DNA from: an uncultured archaeon
Lineage (GTDB): Archaea; Asgardarchaeota; Heimdallarchaeia; Heimdallarchaeales; Heimdallarchaeaceae
Length of the DNA: 64,000 bases
Direction of reading: 5' to 3'
Assembly: GCA_964549075.1 (NCBI GenBank)
Contig: CAZJUB010000005.1
Coordinates: forward strand, 12,319-76,318
The notes under the pieces were generated by a model. That model was not told the DNA's origin, made no database searches, and saw nothing but the letters and a program-made list of their open reading frames with translations. A program made the position numbers and the translations under genes. Position 1 is the first letter of the stretch, and each line of letters starts with the position of its first letter. This document shows positions 28,653-40,100 of the stretch, one piece after another.

Positions 28653-30050
28653 ATGTCCAACGATTATATAGATAAAGCATTAAGTAAATTAGAAAAACTA
28701 AAGTTAACTTATGCTGATATTCGTGCAGAAAACTCTCTAATGACACAGATTCGAACGGTGAATGGAAAAGTCGAAACAAGTACCACAGGTATAGAATCTG
28801 GAATAGGAATTAGAATTCTAAACAATGGTGCATGGGGTTTTGCCTTTGGTCCTTTGGAGAGTTTTGAAGAAGTAATTGAAATGGCAATTGAGGCCAATAA
28901 ATTAAACTTGAAACATAAAAAACGAGATATTAAATTAGTTGAAATGAAAACTACAGAAGATTCTTTTGAAGGAGAGCAAAAAAAGAAAATCGATGATACA
29001 GGATTTGATGAAAAAATCGAATTTACTTTGGAAACAGACAAAGCACAAGAAAATGAAAAAATCAAATCGAGAACCACATTATATCGAGAAATACTCAAAA
29101 AAATGATACTAGTAACGACAGAAGGAACTAAAATAGAATATAAAGTTCCTTATGTTATGATGTATGCCCTCTCTGTTGCTCGAGAAGAAAGCGAAACTAT
29201 TGAAGGTTACAGTAGAATAGGTCATCTAGGTGGTATAGAACTCTTTGATTTTCGTAATCCTACAGAATTAGGAGAAAAAGCAAAAGAAAGAGCACTTGAA
29301 GGATTGAAATCACCTAAAGTAAAAGCTGGCCGATATCCAGTCGTTTTGGATGGTACTATTAATCATCTTTTCGCTCATGAAGCATCAGGTCACAGTGCAG
29401 AAGGAGATTTCGTTCAAACTGCAGGTGTTCTTAGAGGTAAGATTGGTAAAAAAGTAGGTTCATCTCACGTAAATCTAATCGATGATGGTTCTCTAAAAGA
29501 AACAGCTGGAATAAATTCCTTTGGTTACTTGAAATATGATGATGAAGGAATTCCTGGACAGAAAACATTCATCATCAAAGAAGGGATTCTTAAAACTTAT
29601 CTAAATGATAGAGCTTCAGCAGATTATTTTAATCAGAAAGCTACTGGAAATTCCAGAGCTCAAGCTTACAATGTTCCTCAAATTGTTAGGATGACAAATA
29701 CGTACATTGCACCTACTAAAACAGGTATGAAAGAAGAGGAATTGCTTGAGCAAGTGAAAAATGGTCTGCTTCTAATGCAAGGCGGTGGAGGACAAGTTGA
29801 TCCTATTAAGGGGACGTTCAACTTTGGAGTTTCTGAATTATACGAAATAAAGAACGGAGAGATAGGTCAAAGGTATAGACCTACAACATTAGCTGGAAAT
29901 ACTTTAGAAACACTAATGAAGATAACAGGTGTATCCGCAGAAATGGGGAATCCTTTGGATAGCATTGGTTTTTGTGGTAAAGATGGACAATCTGCTCCAG
30001 TTGGAGTAACCGCTGGATGGATGGCTGTAAAAAGCATAGTTGTAGGATAG
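28653..30050 (+). CDS. tldD: TldD metalloprotease
   Basis: GIGIR, HEASGH zinc motif, YDDEG, RMTNT, C-terminal CGKDGQ. Confidence 0.92.
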   Translation: MSNDYIDKALSKLEKLKLTYADIRAENSLMTQIRTVNGKVETSTTGIESGIGIRILNNGAWGFAFGPLESFEEVIEMAIEANKLNLKHKKRDIKLVEMKTTEDSFEGEQKKKIDDTGFDEKIEFTLETDKAQENEKIKSRTTLYREILKKMILVTTEGTKIEYKVPYVMMYALSVAREESETIEGYSRIGHLGGIELFDFRNPTELGEKAKERALEGLKSPKVKAGRYPVVLDGTINHLFAHEASGHSAEGDFVQTAGVLRGKIGKKVGSSHVNLIDDGSLKETAGINSFGYLKYDDEGIPGQKTFIIKEGILKTYLNDRASADYFNQKATGNSRAQAYNVPQIVRMTNTYIAPTKTGMKEEELLEQVKNGLLLMQGGGGQVDPIKGTFNFGVSELYEIKNGEIGQRYRPTTLAGNTLETLMKITGVSAEMGNPLDSIGFCGKDGQSAPVGVTAGWMAVKSIVVG

Positions 30051-30059
30051 GTGAAAAAT

Positions 30060-31517
30060 ATGGTTAAAAATAATCTAAATGAGAAAATCCAAAAAGCGCT
30101 TGATGTAGGATTGAAATATGCTAACAAAGCAGGTGCTAATCATTGTGAAGCTTTTGGTATTAATGAACGCTCTTTCAATCTAGAATTAGAAAAAGATAAA
30201 CCTAAACACAACATGGGTATTCTTCATGGTATATCATTCAGGGTCATAGCAAATAATGCAGTAGGATTTGCTTATACCTCGTCTTTTGCAGAAAAGGACA
30301 TTGAAATGACAGTGAATATGGCCATTCAATGTGCTAAAACAAAGAAAAAAGATCCAGATCTCTCTCCATTTCCAAAACCAATGAAGAATAAAGCTAAATT
30401 AAAAATGGACAAAAAACTCTATTCAGTTGACACAAATTCAATAGCAGAGATTTTTGAAAAGATGATGCCAGATGAGCTACCAAAGGACACCTTTTTCCTT
30501 CAAGCACTTGGATTAGTAGCAATGGGAGATTCTTTTCTAAAAACATCAGAAGGGATCGATTTAATTGAGGCAGATGCTGGTTATGGTCTCGGAATTGGAT
30601 TTTTATCAACACATGGTTTCCCGAATTATGATTTTCATTTTGAAGGTTCTCGAACCTTAGGGGGAATCAACCCTCAAGAAGTCACAAAAATAGCTTTAGA
30701 GAAAACTTTGGAATCAGCTAAACCTAAAACAATGTCTCTTGCTGGAAATTATCCTATTATTATATCACCAGAAGGATCATATGGTCTTTTCGGAGGATTA
30801 TTTGAAGTACTTACACAACTTTTGAAAGGAGATAAAGCTTCAAGAGGAGAAACCGTGTTTGCTGATAAAATAGGAGAACAGATTGCTCCAGACAACTTCA
30901 CTCTTATTGATGATCCGCTTCATCCTGATATGATTACTTCAGCTCTTTATGATGGAGAAGGTGTCCCCACTGAACGAACAAAACTAGTCGAAAATGGCAT
31001 ATTGAAGACCTATTACTTAGATAGCTATTATGCTGGAAAACTCAATATGAAGAGTAATGGAAAAGCTCAAAGAGGTAGCTTTCTTGGAGGTAATCCTGCT
31101 AAAACACCTCCAGTAATTGGTTCTTATGCTACCATTATAGAACCTGGAAATGTCTCTCTTGAAGAAATGCTTTCTGAAACAAAAGAAGGATTTATGCTGA
31201 AAAGTTTCATGGGAATACATATGTCAGATTTCAGTAGTGGTAGATTTGCTGTTACAGGTTCAGGATGGTATCTAAAAGATGGAGAGATTAAGTACCCAGT
31301 TCAAGATATTTCAATCTCCGGAACACTCCCTGAACTTCTTCTTAATATAGATATGATTTCTAAAGAGAGAAAGAAGGGTTTGAATAATGAGGTTCCATAT
31401 CTTAGAGTATCTGAATTAAGTGTGGCTGCAAAGAAACTTGACTTCAAGATAAGATTTGGTCTGAAAGTCTTGAAGACTCTTGTAAAACTAGGGATAATGA
31501 AAAATCCCTTTATCTAA
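30060..31517 (+). CDS. pmbA: PmbA/TldE family protein
   Basis: DDP, YDGEG, L.ENG.L..Y, SGRF; lacks HExxxH. ATG 30060 follows an AGGTGA ribosome-binding site. Confidence 0.88.
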   Translation: MVKNNLNEKIQKALDVGLKYANKAGANHCEAFGINERSFNLELEKDKPKHNMGILHGISFRVIANNAVGFAYTSSFAEKDIEMTVNMAIQCAKTKKKDPDLSPFPKPMKNKAKLKMDKKLYSVDTNSIAEIFEKMMPDELPKDTFFLQALGLVAMGDSFLKTSEGIDLIEADAGYGLGIGFLSTHGFPNYDFHFEGSRTLGGINPQEVTKIALEKTLESAKPKTMSLAGNYPIIISPEGSYGLFGGLFEVLTQLLKGDKASRGETVFADKIGEQIAPDNFTLIDDPLHPDMITSALYDGEGVPTERTKLVENGILKTYYLDSYYAGKLNMKSNGKAQRGSFLGGNPAKTPPVIGSYATIIEPGNVSLEEMLSETKEGFMLKSFMGIHMSDFSSGRFAVTGSGWYLKDGEIKYPVQDISISGTLPELLLNIDMISKERKKGLNNEVPYLRVSELSVAAKKLDFKIRFGLKVLKTLVKLGIMKNPFI

Positions 31518-31567
31518 TTTTTAAAACAAAATAAAAAGAAAAAGAAAAAGAAAAGTTGAGATAGTGT

Positions 31568-34369
31568 TTATCTCTTTTTTGTATATATTACTGCACTAGC
31601 AAGTGCTACTATTCCAAGGATTGTTACTATTGATACAACAGTATATTCGGGTACAGCAGGTAAGCCTGTCAAAACTGAGTACAAATCTGGAAGTGCTCCA
31701 AATGTACTGCCTATCATGATTTCCATGTAAGCTGATACAAGACCACCATTTGATCCGTAGTCAGGTGTTTGTGTCATTTCAAAGTCAAAACTTGTCTTTA
31801 ATCCTGCACCTAATAATACTCCAGTTGTTTCATCAATGCCTACCCAGATAGTTCCTCTAATCCAACCTTCATAAGTATCTGTCTCCCATTGATAATCTCC
31901 ATTAAGATTGGAGAATTCTAAATCAATAGCAGCATCTACTGATATGTAGTAATAGTTTATAGGACTACCAGTTCCAGTGTAATGGAATTTGTTTGCTTCA
32001 AGTGTCAAACCAAAATCATAAAGATTGAAGTTTGTGTTTTGAAGAGATAATGCATTGAAAGCGTCTTCAATGTAGGAAGTTGCACCGAATATTGAATTAA
32101 GAGTTGTCCAGACACCATCCAGCAATTCATAATCTGTTGAATATTGTGGACCTTGTGGTGAGAATATTAGCCATTCATAATCTCCTATCTCTGGTGCTTC
32201 TGAAGTATTTGAAGGATTATACAGCGTCATTTGTGCGTCTGCCCAAAGACCGTCATACCCAATCATATCTACACCGAGTAATGGATTACCGACTGCGTCT
32301 AATCCGTTATTCTTGAATTCAACTACTCCATCCACAAAATCAGGATTTGCGGTTGGTGGTAAATCAAAGTAGAATACGAAATTATTTATTGTATATAACC
32401 AAGAATCTGGAGTTGGCATTACAGGAGCAATATTATCAGCTCTTGAAGGATCTAATTCGAGAACAATACTAGCCCATACATCATCCATTGAATTGAAGCT
32501 AAGATCTAATGAAACATTTTGAAGATAACCTGTTAGAGTATTATAACACCATGTAACATTCATAGACAGTTCTGGTCCTCCATCATACATCTTAAGATCC
32601 ATATAGAATAGATTGTTACCAGCATCATAAGTAGTATCGACTTCTTCAGTACTATTGTCTTCGTCTCTGTATTTATAATAAGTATCCATGGATACCCAAT
32701 CAGTGTCTCCTGCATAGAAAGTTTGCATTGGTACAACGGGTTCATTGAAGTGTCCATAATCAAATGATCCCCAATCAAACTCCCAGTTTCTATCAACTAG
32801 TTCTTCGAGATCTGTTAACATAGTGTAACCCATCATAGGTGTTGGAGCAACAGAACCAGAATCTAGACTAAATGAGAAGTTTGGTAAGGTCATATAATAA
32901 AATGGTCCAGCATGCCACAGCCAATATAAGGCATTTGCATTGTTTGCGAGTGTTGCGTATAAGTAACCATTGTGATAACCATCACGATATTGATTATCAT
33001 ATATGAAATTAGCGCCTTGTTCATATGGATCGGTAGTAGAAGGTGAGTATGGTAAACTTGATGGAGTGTCATCTTCAGGATGACTAGCTAGTTTATCAGC
33101 TGCTCCTTCGGCAAAACCATCATAGTATGAATTCCACACATAATTTTGCAATCCATACATGTATTGTTCGCCTACAGAATATCCATATTGTCCATCGTCA
33201 TAACCTGATGAATAGCCTTGATAGGCACCATCATTATATCCATGTTCATAAGAATCTCTTGGATCATAGATTGGATCATAGAAGTTGAAAGGATTGCTAT
33301 AGTATCCAGTCCAATATCCAGACCAATAGTAGTTCTGGTAACCATCTACATAACCATACCAGTAAGTATTATGAGCGTTATCGTATAAGTCATTGTATAA
33401 TTCATTGCTGAAATCTACTTTAGCTGCTTCATATCTATAACCTCTGCTGTAGAACATTTCATATGTATTCTGATAGTTCATATACATACTGAAATCATAC
33501 AGATCAGCGGGAGCTGGAATTGTTCCTGGGTATCTTTTATCAGGTATTCTAGTAGTGTTGAAATCAAGTCTTCCACTGAGAAAACCTTCATCCCATGCTT
33601 CATGAAAACCGAAATAATAAGCATTTAAAGCTGTTACCCAATCATTCCATGCGGGATTAGCTCCACTTTGGAAGTATCCATCATATCCTATTCTATATCC
33701 TATGTAGTAACCTAAATCCGATGCAAACCATGTTATATCGTTTTCACTATAGCTATCACCGTAAGGTTCCCATGCACTGAATCCCCATCCTTGATCAGCT
33801 TCATACCATCCGTTATTAAATCCGGCATCAAATGAATTGTTGAAGTTAACCCAGAATGCGTCATCTATTGGGTCTACGAATCTTGCATATGGCCAATAGT
33901 CATGATAAGATGAATAGTCTGTGTTTCTAAAGTCGTCAGGGAATGAAAAATCAGAAGCATTTATTTCTACTCCTAATTCTTGATTTAATTTCAAGAATGA
34001 GAAGATACTCATAGCATTAACAGCTGTTTCATTTACGTAAGCCTGACTGTTATAATCATACTCATAAAGATTGATTAAATCAGTTTTAGCTATGTAAGTG
34101 ATTAGCTCGGAACCTTCTAATGATCCGATTAATCCCTTGCCAAATTCAGGAGCTCCTGTTTGACTTAATAGCATATCAAGAACTTCCCAAATTCCTTCAC
34201 CATATTGAAAAGTTGAGACGTTGTAAACTAGTTTATCACCATCTGCAACTGCATTAAGTTGAGGGGATGTGGGAACAGTACTATCTTGAGTAGCTCTAGG
34301 AGTTGCCGAATTTACAAAAGGCAGTAATAATATCAATAAGCCTATTCCTAAAAATATCTGTCTTTTCAT
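31568..34369 (-). CDS. Large secreted acidic surface protein with Gly/Tyr (GYxxG) repeat region and C-terminal VPEY-TM-basic anchor
   Basis: Signal peptide MKRQIFLGIGLLILLLPFVNSA from ATG 34369; repeats such as GYVDGYQ and GYNDGAYQGYSSGYDDG; ends VPEY, hydrophobic helix, KKR. Confidence 0.8.
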   Translation of the reverse strand: MKRQIFLGIGLLILLLPFVNSATPRATQDSTVPTSPQLNAVADGDKLVYNVSTFQYGEGIWEVLDMLLSQTGAPEFGKGLIGSLEGSELITYIAKTDLINLYEYDYNSQAYVNETAVNAMSIFSFLKLNQELGVEINASDFSFPDDFRNTDYSSYHDYWPYARFVDPIDDAFWVNFNNSFDAGFNNGWYEADQGWGFSAWEPYGDSYSENDITWFASDLGYYIGYRIGYDGYFQSGANPAWNDWVTALNAYYFGFHEAWDEGFLSGRLDFNTTRIPDKRYPGTIPAPADLYDFSMYMNYQNTYEMFYSRGYRYEAAKVDFSNELYNDLYDNAHNTYWYGYVDGYQNYYWSGYWTGYYSNPFNFYDPIYDPRDSYEHGYNDGAYQGYSSGYDDGQYGYSVGEQYMYGLQNYVWNSYYDGFAEGAADKLASHPEDDTPSSLPYSPSTTDPYEQGANFIYDNQYRDGYHNGYLYATLANNANALYWLWHAGPFYYMTLPNFSFSLDSGSVAPTPMMGYTMLTDLEELVDRNWEFDWGSFDYGHFNEPVVPMQTFYAGDTDWVSMDTYYKYRDEDNSTEEVDTTYDAGNNLFYMDLKMYDGGPELSMNVTWCYNTLTGYLQNVSLDLSFNSMDDVWASIVLELDPSRADNIAPVMPTPDSWLYTINNFVFYFDLPPTANPDFVDGVVEFKNNGLDAVGNPLLGVDMIGYDGLWADAQMTLYNPSNTSEAPEIGDYEWLIFSPQGPQYSTDYELLDGVWTTLNSIFGATSYIEDAFNALSLQNTNFNLYDFGLTLEANKFHYTGTGSPINYYYISVDAAIDLEFSNLNGDYQWETDTYEGWIRGTIWVGIDETTGVLLGAGLKTSFDFEMTQTPDYGSNGGLVSAYMEIMIGSTFGALPDLYSVLTGLPAVPEYTVVSIVTILGIVALASAVIYTKKR
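32955..33840 (-). repeat. Imperfect GYxxG / aromatic-xx-Gly protein-level repeats (boundaries approximate)
   Basis: About eight blocks with 4-residue Gly periodicity in the translation. Confidence 0.7.
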
Positions 34370-34524
34370 AATTTGAACCCCTTTGGTTCTAATAATATAT
34401 ATTGAATATACCCTATAAAAAGATGATGTTCGTTTTTCACTTATTAGAATATAAGTGAAATTACAATAGAATGCAATTAAAGGGTAGAAAGGCGAAGTTT
34501 TTTGATTCAAAAATAAAGAGAAAA

Positions 34525-34710
34525 TTAATCCAATTCTGCAGGTTGTTCGAATTGACTTCCAAAGAACTCAAAAATCTGGTAGCTACCGCATTCTTCACAA
34601 TAAAAGGTCAAACTAAAAGCTTGATCTAAGTTTTCTCCAACAAAAGTTTGTTCTCTTTCTTCCTCACAGAATTTACAATAAATTTTAAGCTTTGGTTTAT
34701 CTTCAGCCAT
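34525..34710 (-). CDS. Small zinc-ribbon protein
   Basis: 61 aa with CKFC...CEEC; ATG start, fills an intergenic gap. Confidence 0.65.
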   Translation of the reverse strand: MAEDKPKLKIYCKFCEEEREQTFVGENLDQAFSLTFYCEECGSYQIFEFFGSQFEQPAELD

Positions 34711-34771
34711 TAAACATCATCATTATTTTATCTTATATCTTTTTAAGTGATTTGGATTTTATAAGTTTTTA

Positions 34772-35929
34772 TCATAATTTAGTTCTTAATCGTTCAATAG
34801 CTTGTTCAATTTGATTCACGTTAACTGAACCAAAACTAGCTCTAACGTTATTTCTTTGTGTTGGACCAAATTCAGTGCCAGGAACAATTACTACTCTAGC
34901 AAGGTCAAATGCCTTACTTGAGTATTCTTCACAATCCGGATATTTGGTGCCTGAGATATCAGGATAACAATAAAATGAACCAGAAGGAGTTTTACAACTA
35001 ATTCCTTCTATAGAGTTAAATCCTTTAACTATTGCATCTCTTCGTTTTTGAAACTCTTCACGTATAAATTTCTGAAATTCCTTTGATTCACGCATTTTCA
35101 TATATTTTGCAATAGCAATTTGAGTCGGAGTAGTTGCATTTGCTACAACAAAACCATGATAAACAACTATAGGTTTCATCAATTCTGAAGCTGCAACACC
35201 ATAACCCATTCTCCACCCTGGGACTGCATATGTTTTAGAAAAAGAATTAGCAGTAATAGTCCTTTCATACGCACCATCAATAGCGCCTATGTGAATGTGT
35301 TTCTTGTTATCAAAAGTATAATATTCATACACTTCATCGCTTATAATAAGTAAATCATAATCTACAGCAAGATCAACAATTGCTTTTAATTCGCTTTTTT
35401 CCATCACTGCTCCAGTTGGATTGCTTGGAAAATTCAGGATAATAACTTTGGATTTTTCAGTTATTAATTCTTTAAGTTTCTCAGTATCGATTTTGAAATC
35501 TGATGTTGATGGGATCCAAACATTTTTTCCTCCTGAGAGAACAACTTGTCTTGGATAAGTAAGGAAGCAAGGATCTTGAAGCAAAACCTCATCTCCAGTT
35601 TTGATATAGGTTTGGAGTGCAGTATACAATAATTGGGCACCACCACTTGTTACAATCACACCATCTGAATCGCTATATTCGACTCCATACTCATTTTTGT
35701 ATTTTTCAGTTATAGCTTTTCGTAAACCTGGATTCCCAGGAGTTTGATCATAACTATTAAAATCGTTATCTACAGCTTCTTTGAGAGCTTCTTTTAACTC
35801 TTTGGGAGTATGGATATCGGGAGCACCTATTCCTAAAGATAAAACATCAGGAATACCTTGAGCTTTCGAAAATAAATCTCTTATACCACTTGGTTTTATT
35901 TTTGCTAGTTTTTCAGAATGAAAGGTCAT
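34772..35929 (-). CDS. PLP-dependent aminotransferase class I/II (aspartate aminotransferase-like)
   Basis: LGIGAPD, NFPSNPTG, SDEVY, SFSKTYAVPGWRMG, PG.EFG, R.SF. Confidence 0.93.
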   Translation of the reverse strand: MTFHSEKLAKIKPSGIRDLFSKAQGIPDVLSLGIGAPDIHTPKELKEALKEAVDNDFNSYDQTPGNPGLRKAITEKYKNEYGVEYSDSDGVIVTSGGAQLLYTALQTYIKTGDEVLLQDPCFLTYPRQVVLSGGKNVWIPSTSDFKIDTEKLKELITEKSKVIILNFPSNPTGAVMEKSELKAIVDLAVDYDLLIISDEVYEYYTFDNKKHIHIGAIDGAYERTITANSFSKTYAVPGWRMGYGVAASELMKPIVVYHGFVVANATTPTQIAIAKYMKMRESKEFQKFIREEFQKRRDAIVKGFNSIEGISCKTPSGSFYCYPDISGTKYPDCEEYSSKAFDLARVVIVPGTEFGPTQRNNVRASFGSVNVNQIEQAIERLRTKL

Positions 35930-36000
35930 CTATGGTCATACTGTTTTTATTTATTCCAAAATTAAGTTTTTTTGTTAAAACATGAAGAAAAATAACTTTT

Positions 36001-37062
36001 TTAAATTAATTGTATTATTTTGTCAGCAGGAGATTGAAGTTTATTCAAGATATCAGTAGTTTTTTGCCTATGTTGTTCTTTTTCTTCTATTTTAGATAAA
36101 AGCTCAAGAGCTCTAGTTTTAGCTGCTTCAAGTGTATATTCATTATAAAGAGGTATTCCAATGGATGAGATATATTCTAATACATCCACAGGTTCTGGAT
36201 AATACGATATTGAAGGGGTTCCGATCGCAGCACCTTCTCTCGCCATTGTTGCTCCACCTGATATACATAAATCAGAATAATAACAAAGTGAGAGAGTATC
36301 AACAGCTCTGGGTGGAATGATGATTCTATCTTTGAATTTTTTCTTGAGATATTGCTTTTGTTTTTCGTATCTCGGAAAAATTACTGCTCTTCCTTCATAA
36401 TTATTAAAAATTTCATCTAAAATCGCATCTAAAACTGTTTGATCTACCATGTCTCTATTCAGCATATAAGCTGCGTTGCTTTCTTCTGGTCTCCCCACTA
36501 TGAAACTATCATCTTGATGTAATCCAAGTAGGCCTAATACATCTTTATTTGGTTTGAAATTTCTCAGCCATGCTACTTCATCAATACCATCATAAGGTTG
36601 TAATTGATCTTCAACAGCTCCAAGTTTCAACCATTTTCTTTTGTCTATACATGAACTATATACCAAATATTTGGACAAAGGAGTAGTTAGTTTTCCTACT
36701 GCTACTGCATGTGGAGAGTCGTTTATAGTTATGACAGGTATTCCTAAACCAAATGCTACTCGTGTAGATTCAGGAGATGCAAAAGAAATATGATAATCAG
36801 GTTTGGTTTCAAGTTGATTGATATATTGTGCTAACAAAGCTATTCTCTCATTTCCAGCCATCAATTTACCAAAAAGCGTTCCTCCCCCATGTTTACCTAA
36901 AATTTTCACGTCTAAATCCAAAAGGAGGAAAAGACTTGCTACATAATCATAATCTCTACAAGTAAAAATAGCTTCATGTCCCAATTTTTCTAACTCTTTT
37001 GCTATTGCATTAAATAGTAGAGGTTCCTTAGCAGTAACAGCATCAAACCAGAATATCATCAT
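36001..37062 (-). CDS. DUF354 family GT-B fold protein
   Basis: IFWFD..TAK, G.HGG, SFASPESTRVAFGLG, ND.PHA, Y.GIDE, GATMAREGA..GTP.I. Confidence 0.85.
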   Translation of the reverse strand: MMIFWFDAVTAKEPLLFNAIAKELEKLGHEAIFTCRDYDYVASLFLLLDLDVKILGKHGGGTLFGKLMAGNERIALLAQYINQLETKPDYHISFASPESTRVAFGLGIPVITINDSPHAVAVGKLTTPLSKYLVYSSCIDKRKWLKLGAVEDQLQPYDGIDEVAWLRNFKPNKDVLGLLGLHQDDSFIVGRPEESNAAYMLNRDMVDQTVLDAILDEIFNNYEGRAVIFPRYEKQKQYLKKKFKDRIIIPPRAVDTLSLCYYSDLCISGGATMAREGAAIGTPSISYYPEPVDVLEYISSIGIPLYNEYTLEAAKTRALELLSKIEEKEQHRQKTTDILNKLQSPADKIIQLI

Positions 37063-37130
37063 ACTTCCTCTGTTTTAATTACAAAAAAATCTTGTGTTCT
37101 GTTTTAAGAAAAAGAGCGAAGAGAAAAAAT

Positions 37131-40100
37131 CTAATCGCACTTACTATATCCGCAACTTTTGCAAGTAAAACATCCTTCAGAGAGTTCTAACATCGCTCCA
37201 CAATCAGGGCAAGCTATAGTTCCATTAAATCTAACAATTTCTTCTCCATCAATATAGTTTTCCAAGACATGAGCTATTCCATCTGCACAGGATAATACTG
37301 TTTTACCTTGATAGAAGTTAGGATTAGGACATCGAATCCCTGCTAAATGCTCAACTATTGCTTCAAGTTTAACCCCAGAGCGGAGTGAGAGAGAAATCAA
37401 TCTACCTACTGCTTCACTTTGACTGGTGATACATCCACCACTTTTCCCTACCTGAACAAATACTTCACAAACTCCAGTTTCATCTCTATTAACTGTTACA
37501 TAGAGATTTCCACATCCTGATCTAATTTTATGGGTTCTTCCGAGAGTTACTTCAGGTCTTTCTCTTGGTTCCACTTTTTCAACAGCTCGGACTGATTGTT
37601 GAGCTTCAGTTTTCTCCTTTTTCTTTGTTGTAAGCACCTGATATTTGCGCGAACCATCTCGATATACAGTAATCCCTTTACATCCTTTCTGAAAAGCTAA
37701 TTGGTAAGCTTTGGCTATGTCTTCTCTTGTTGCAGAATTGGGAAAATTGATAGTTTTACTGGTAGCATTATCTATATACTTCTGGAATTCAGCCTGCATA
37801 TCTATATGCCATTCTGGAGAGATATCATGAGAAGTGACAAATACTCTTTTTTGTTCTTCAGGTATCTCTTCTACTTCTTGTATAGAGTTTTGATTTGAGA
37901 TTTTCTCAATCAGTTCTTCTGAGTATAAACCATTTTCTTTAAGATAATTTTCAAATATTGAATTGACATCAAAAAGTTTCTTTCCACCAAGAACATTACG
38001 AGTGAAAGCAATAGCGTAATATGGCTCAATTCCACTTGAACAACCAGCAATCAGTGATATAGTTCCTGTAGGAGCAATGGTGGTTACAGTTGCATTTCTC
38101 ATTGCTTCATAGTTAGATTTGAAGACACTTTTATCGAAATTGGGAAAATTACCTTTTTCTACGCCTAACCTAACAGATTCATCTCGAGCTGTCTTTTGGA
38201 TAAAGTCCATGATTTCTCCAGCAGTTTGAACACCTTCCTTACTATTGTAGGGAATGTTTAATTTAACAAGTAAGTCGGCAAAACCCATTACGCCTAATCC
38301 AATTTTTCGATTAGATTTGGTCATTTGCTCGATTTCAGGAAGGATGTAATCATTCTTGTCAATAACATTATCAAGAAAACGGACACCTTTTCTAACAGAA
38401 TCTTCAAGCAATTTCCAATTAATTTTACCTTCAGAAATGTGGTTAGAAAGGTTAATGGAACCTAAATTGCAGGATTCAAAAGAAAGCAACGGAGTCTCAC
38501 CACAATTGTGAGTATGAAAACCATTCGCAGAAAATGCATTTTTTAAAGGTATTTGGATATCATAAACTCTTTCCTTATTTACAAACACTATTTCTTTAAT
38601 TCTATGTGCAAATCTTTCACGATAAAATGGACGTTTATAATTTGATAATTTTTCTTCAAGTAGTGTTTGTTTGTCAGTGTCGCTGAATCCTACAATCTCT
38701 GCAAATATCTGCATATTATCTTTTGATATGATTAATTCATGTTGAGGTTTGATATGGTATTTTTTCATGCCTCCTTTTCCGTCAGGAAGTAGCTTCATTT
38801 GGGTTTTTCTTCTGTTTTTATAAATCCTTGATACAATTCCTAATCTATGAAGCATTCTTTGTACAGTCTCAAGAGTTCTAACATTTGATTGAGATAATCT
38901 TATAGATATTCCTTTATTTTGAAATCCTTGTACTGAACCATCTGCATCAAATAATCCTCTGATAAAGCCTATATGAAAATCATAACTTGTAGCTTCAAGT
39001 AATGGATTTATCTCTTTGAATCCTTGATACATACCATAATTGTTAGCTAAAGTGGTTATTTCAGCCAGTTTTAATCGATATTCATCTCTTATTAATTGTT
39101 TTCTAAATCCTGAAAAATCAGAACGATGAGGTAAATTATAAGCGTAATCTTCAACAAAAGAACGCATACTAATAGAACCTTCAGATTCTCCCCAAACTGA
39201 TAGTACTGCTTGATCTTCTGCAAATGTTCCATCTCCTAGTAGTAAACCTAAAACATATCCTTCTTCGAGTAATCCTTCACCTCCTATCCAACGAGTTCCA
39301 CGATTATTGCTTAATATTATTCTATCGTCTTTTTCAAGCTCTTCTAATGTTTTCCATTCTGTTTCTATCTCTTGTCTTGAGATTCGTTTAGCAACTTTAA
39401 ACAGATGGTCTTTGGTTGCTTTTATTGAATACCCACTTTGTGTTTTGATTTCAAAAACATCTTTTTCTCCTGTAAAGAAGAATCCTCTTATATCAGACTT
39501 TGTAAATTCACCATCTAATAGTAATTCTGTCTGCTTCCCTATTAAATCGAATATCATTTTAGGACCATCTAGAGTAGTTACCCAAGTATCTCCTGTCAAA
39601 CAAGGATTAGTTGACTCTATTTCTCCTACTTCTGGAGTAGGATTATCTTTGTTTATCCTATCTATAAAGATAATACCAGGTTCCCCATTCTTCCAAGCCA
39701 TTTCTACAATTTTATTGAAAACTTCTTTGGCATTTAATTTTGCTACAGGTTTATTCGTTCGAGGATTTATTAGATCATATTCTTCATTTTTGTTAACTGC
39801 TTTCATGAATTGCTCAGTAACTGCAACAGAGATGTTAAAATTAGTGAGCTTAGTTTGATCTTCTTTATAAGTGATAAACTCCATGATATCCGGATGGTCA
39901 ACACGGAGAACACCCATATTAGCTCCACGCCTTTTATTATGGACAAGTATACCATTTGCCACAAATTTGTTGGAACCTGATACTTCGATATCCATTGTAT
40001 AAGTTTTATCTTTTTCAATAGCTAGAACTTGAGAGTAATAATACTGTGGATTGATAATTTCTTGAAAATGCTGATCTTCCTTAAGAACTGGAAAAAGCTC

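Noticed and set aside
28709-29098. 129-aa minus-strand ORF (representative of the other short nested ORFs, e.g. 21532, 25070, 51214, 51529)
   Set aside because: Lies opposite well-supported genes and has no motifs.
39307-39858. 183-aa plus-strand ORF within nrdJ
   Set aside because: Antisense shadow that crosses an intein boundary; the other short ORFs inside nrdJ were rejected likewise.
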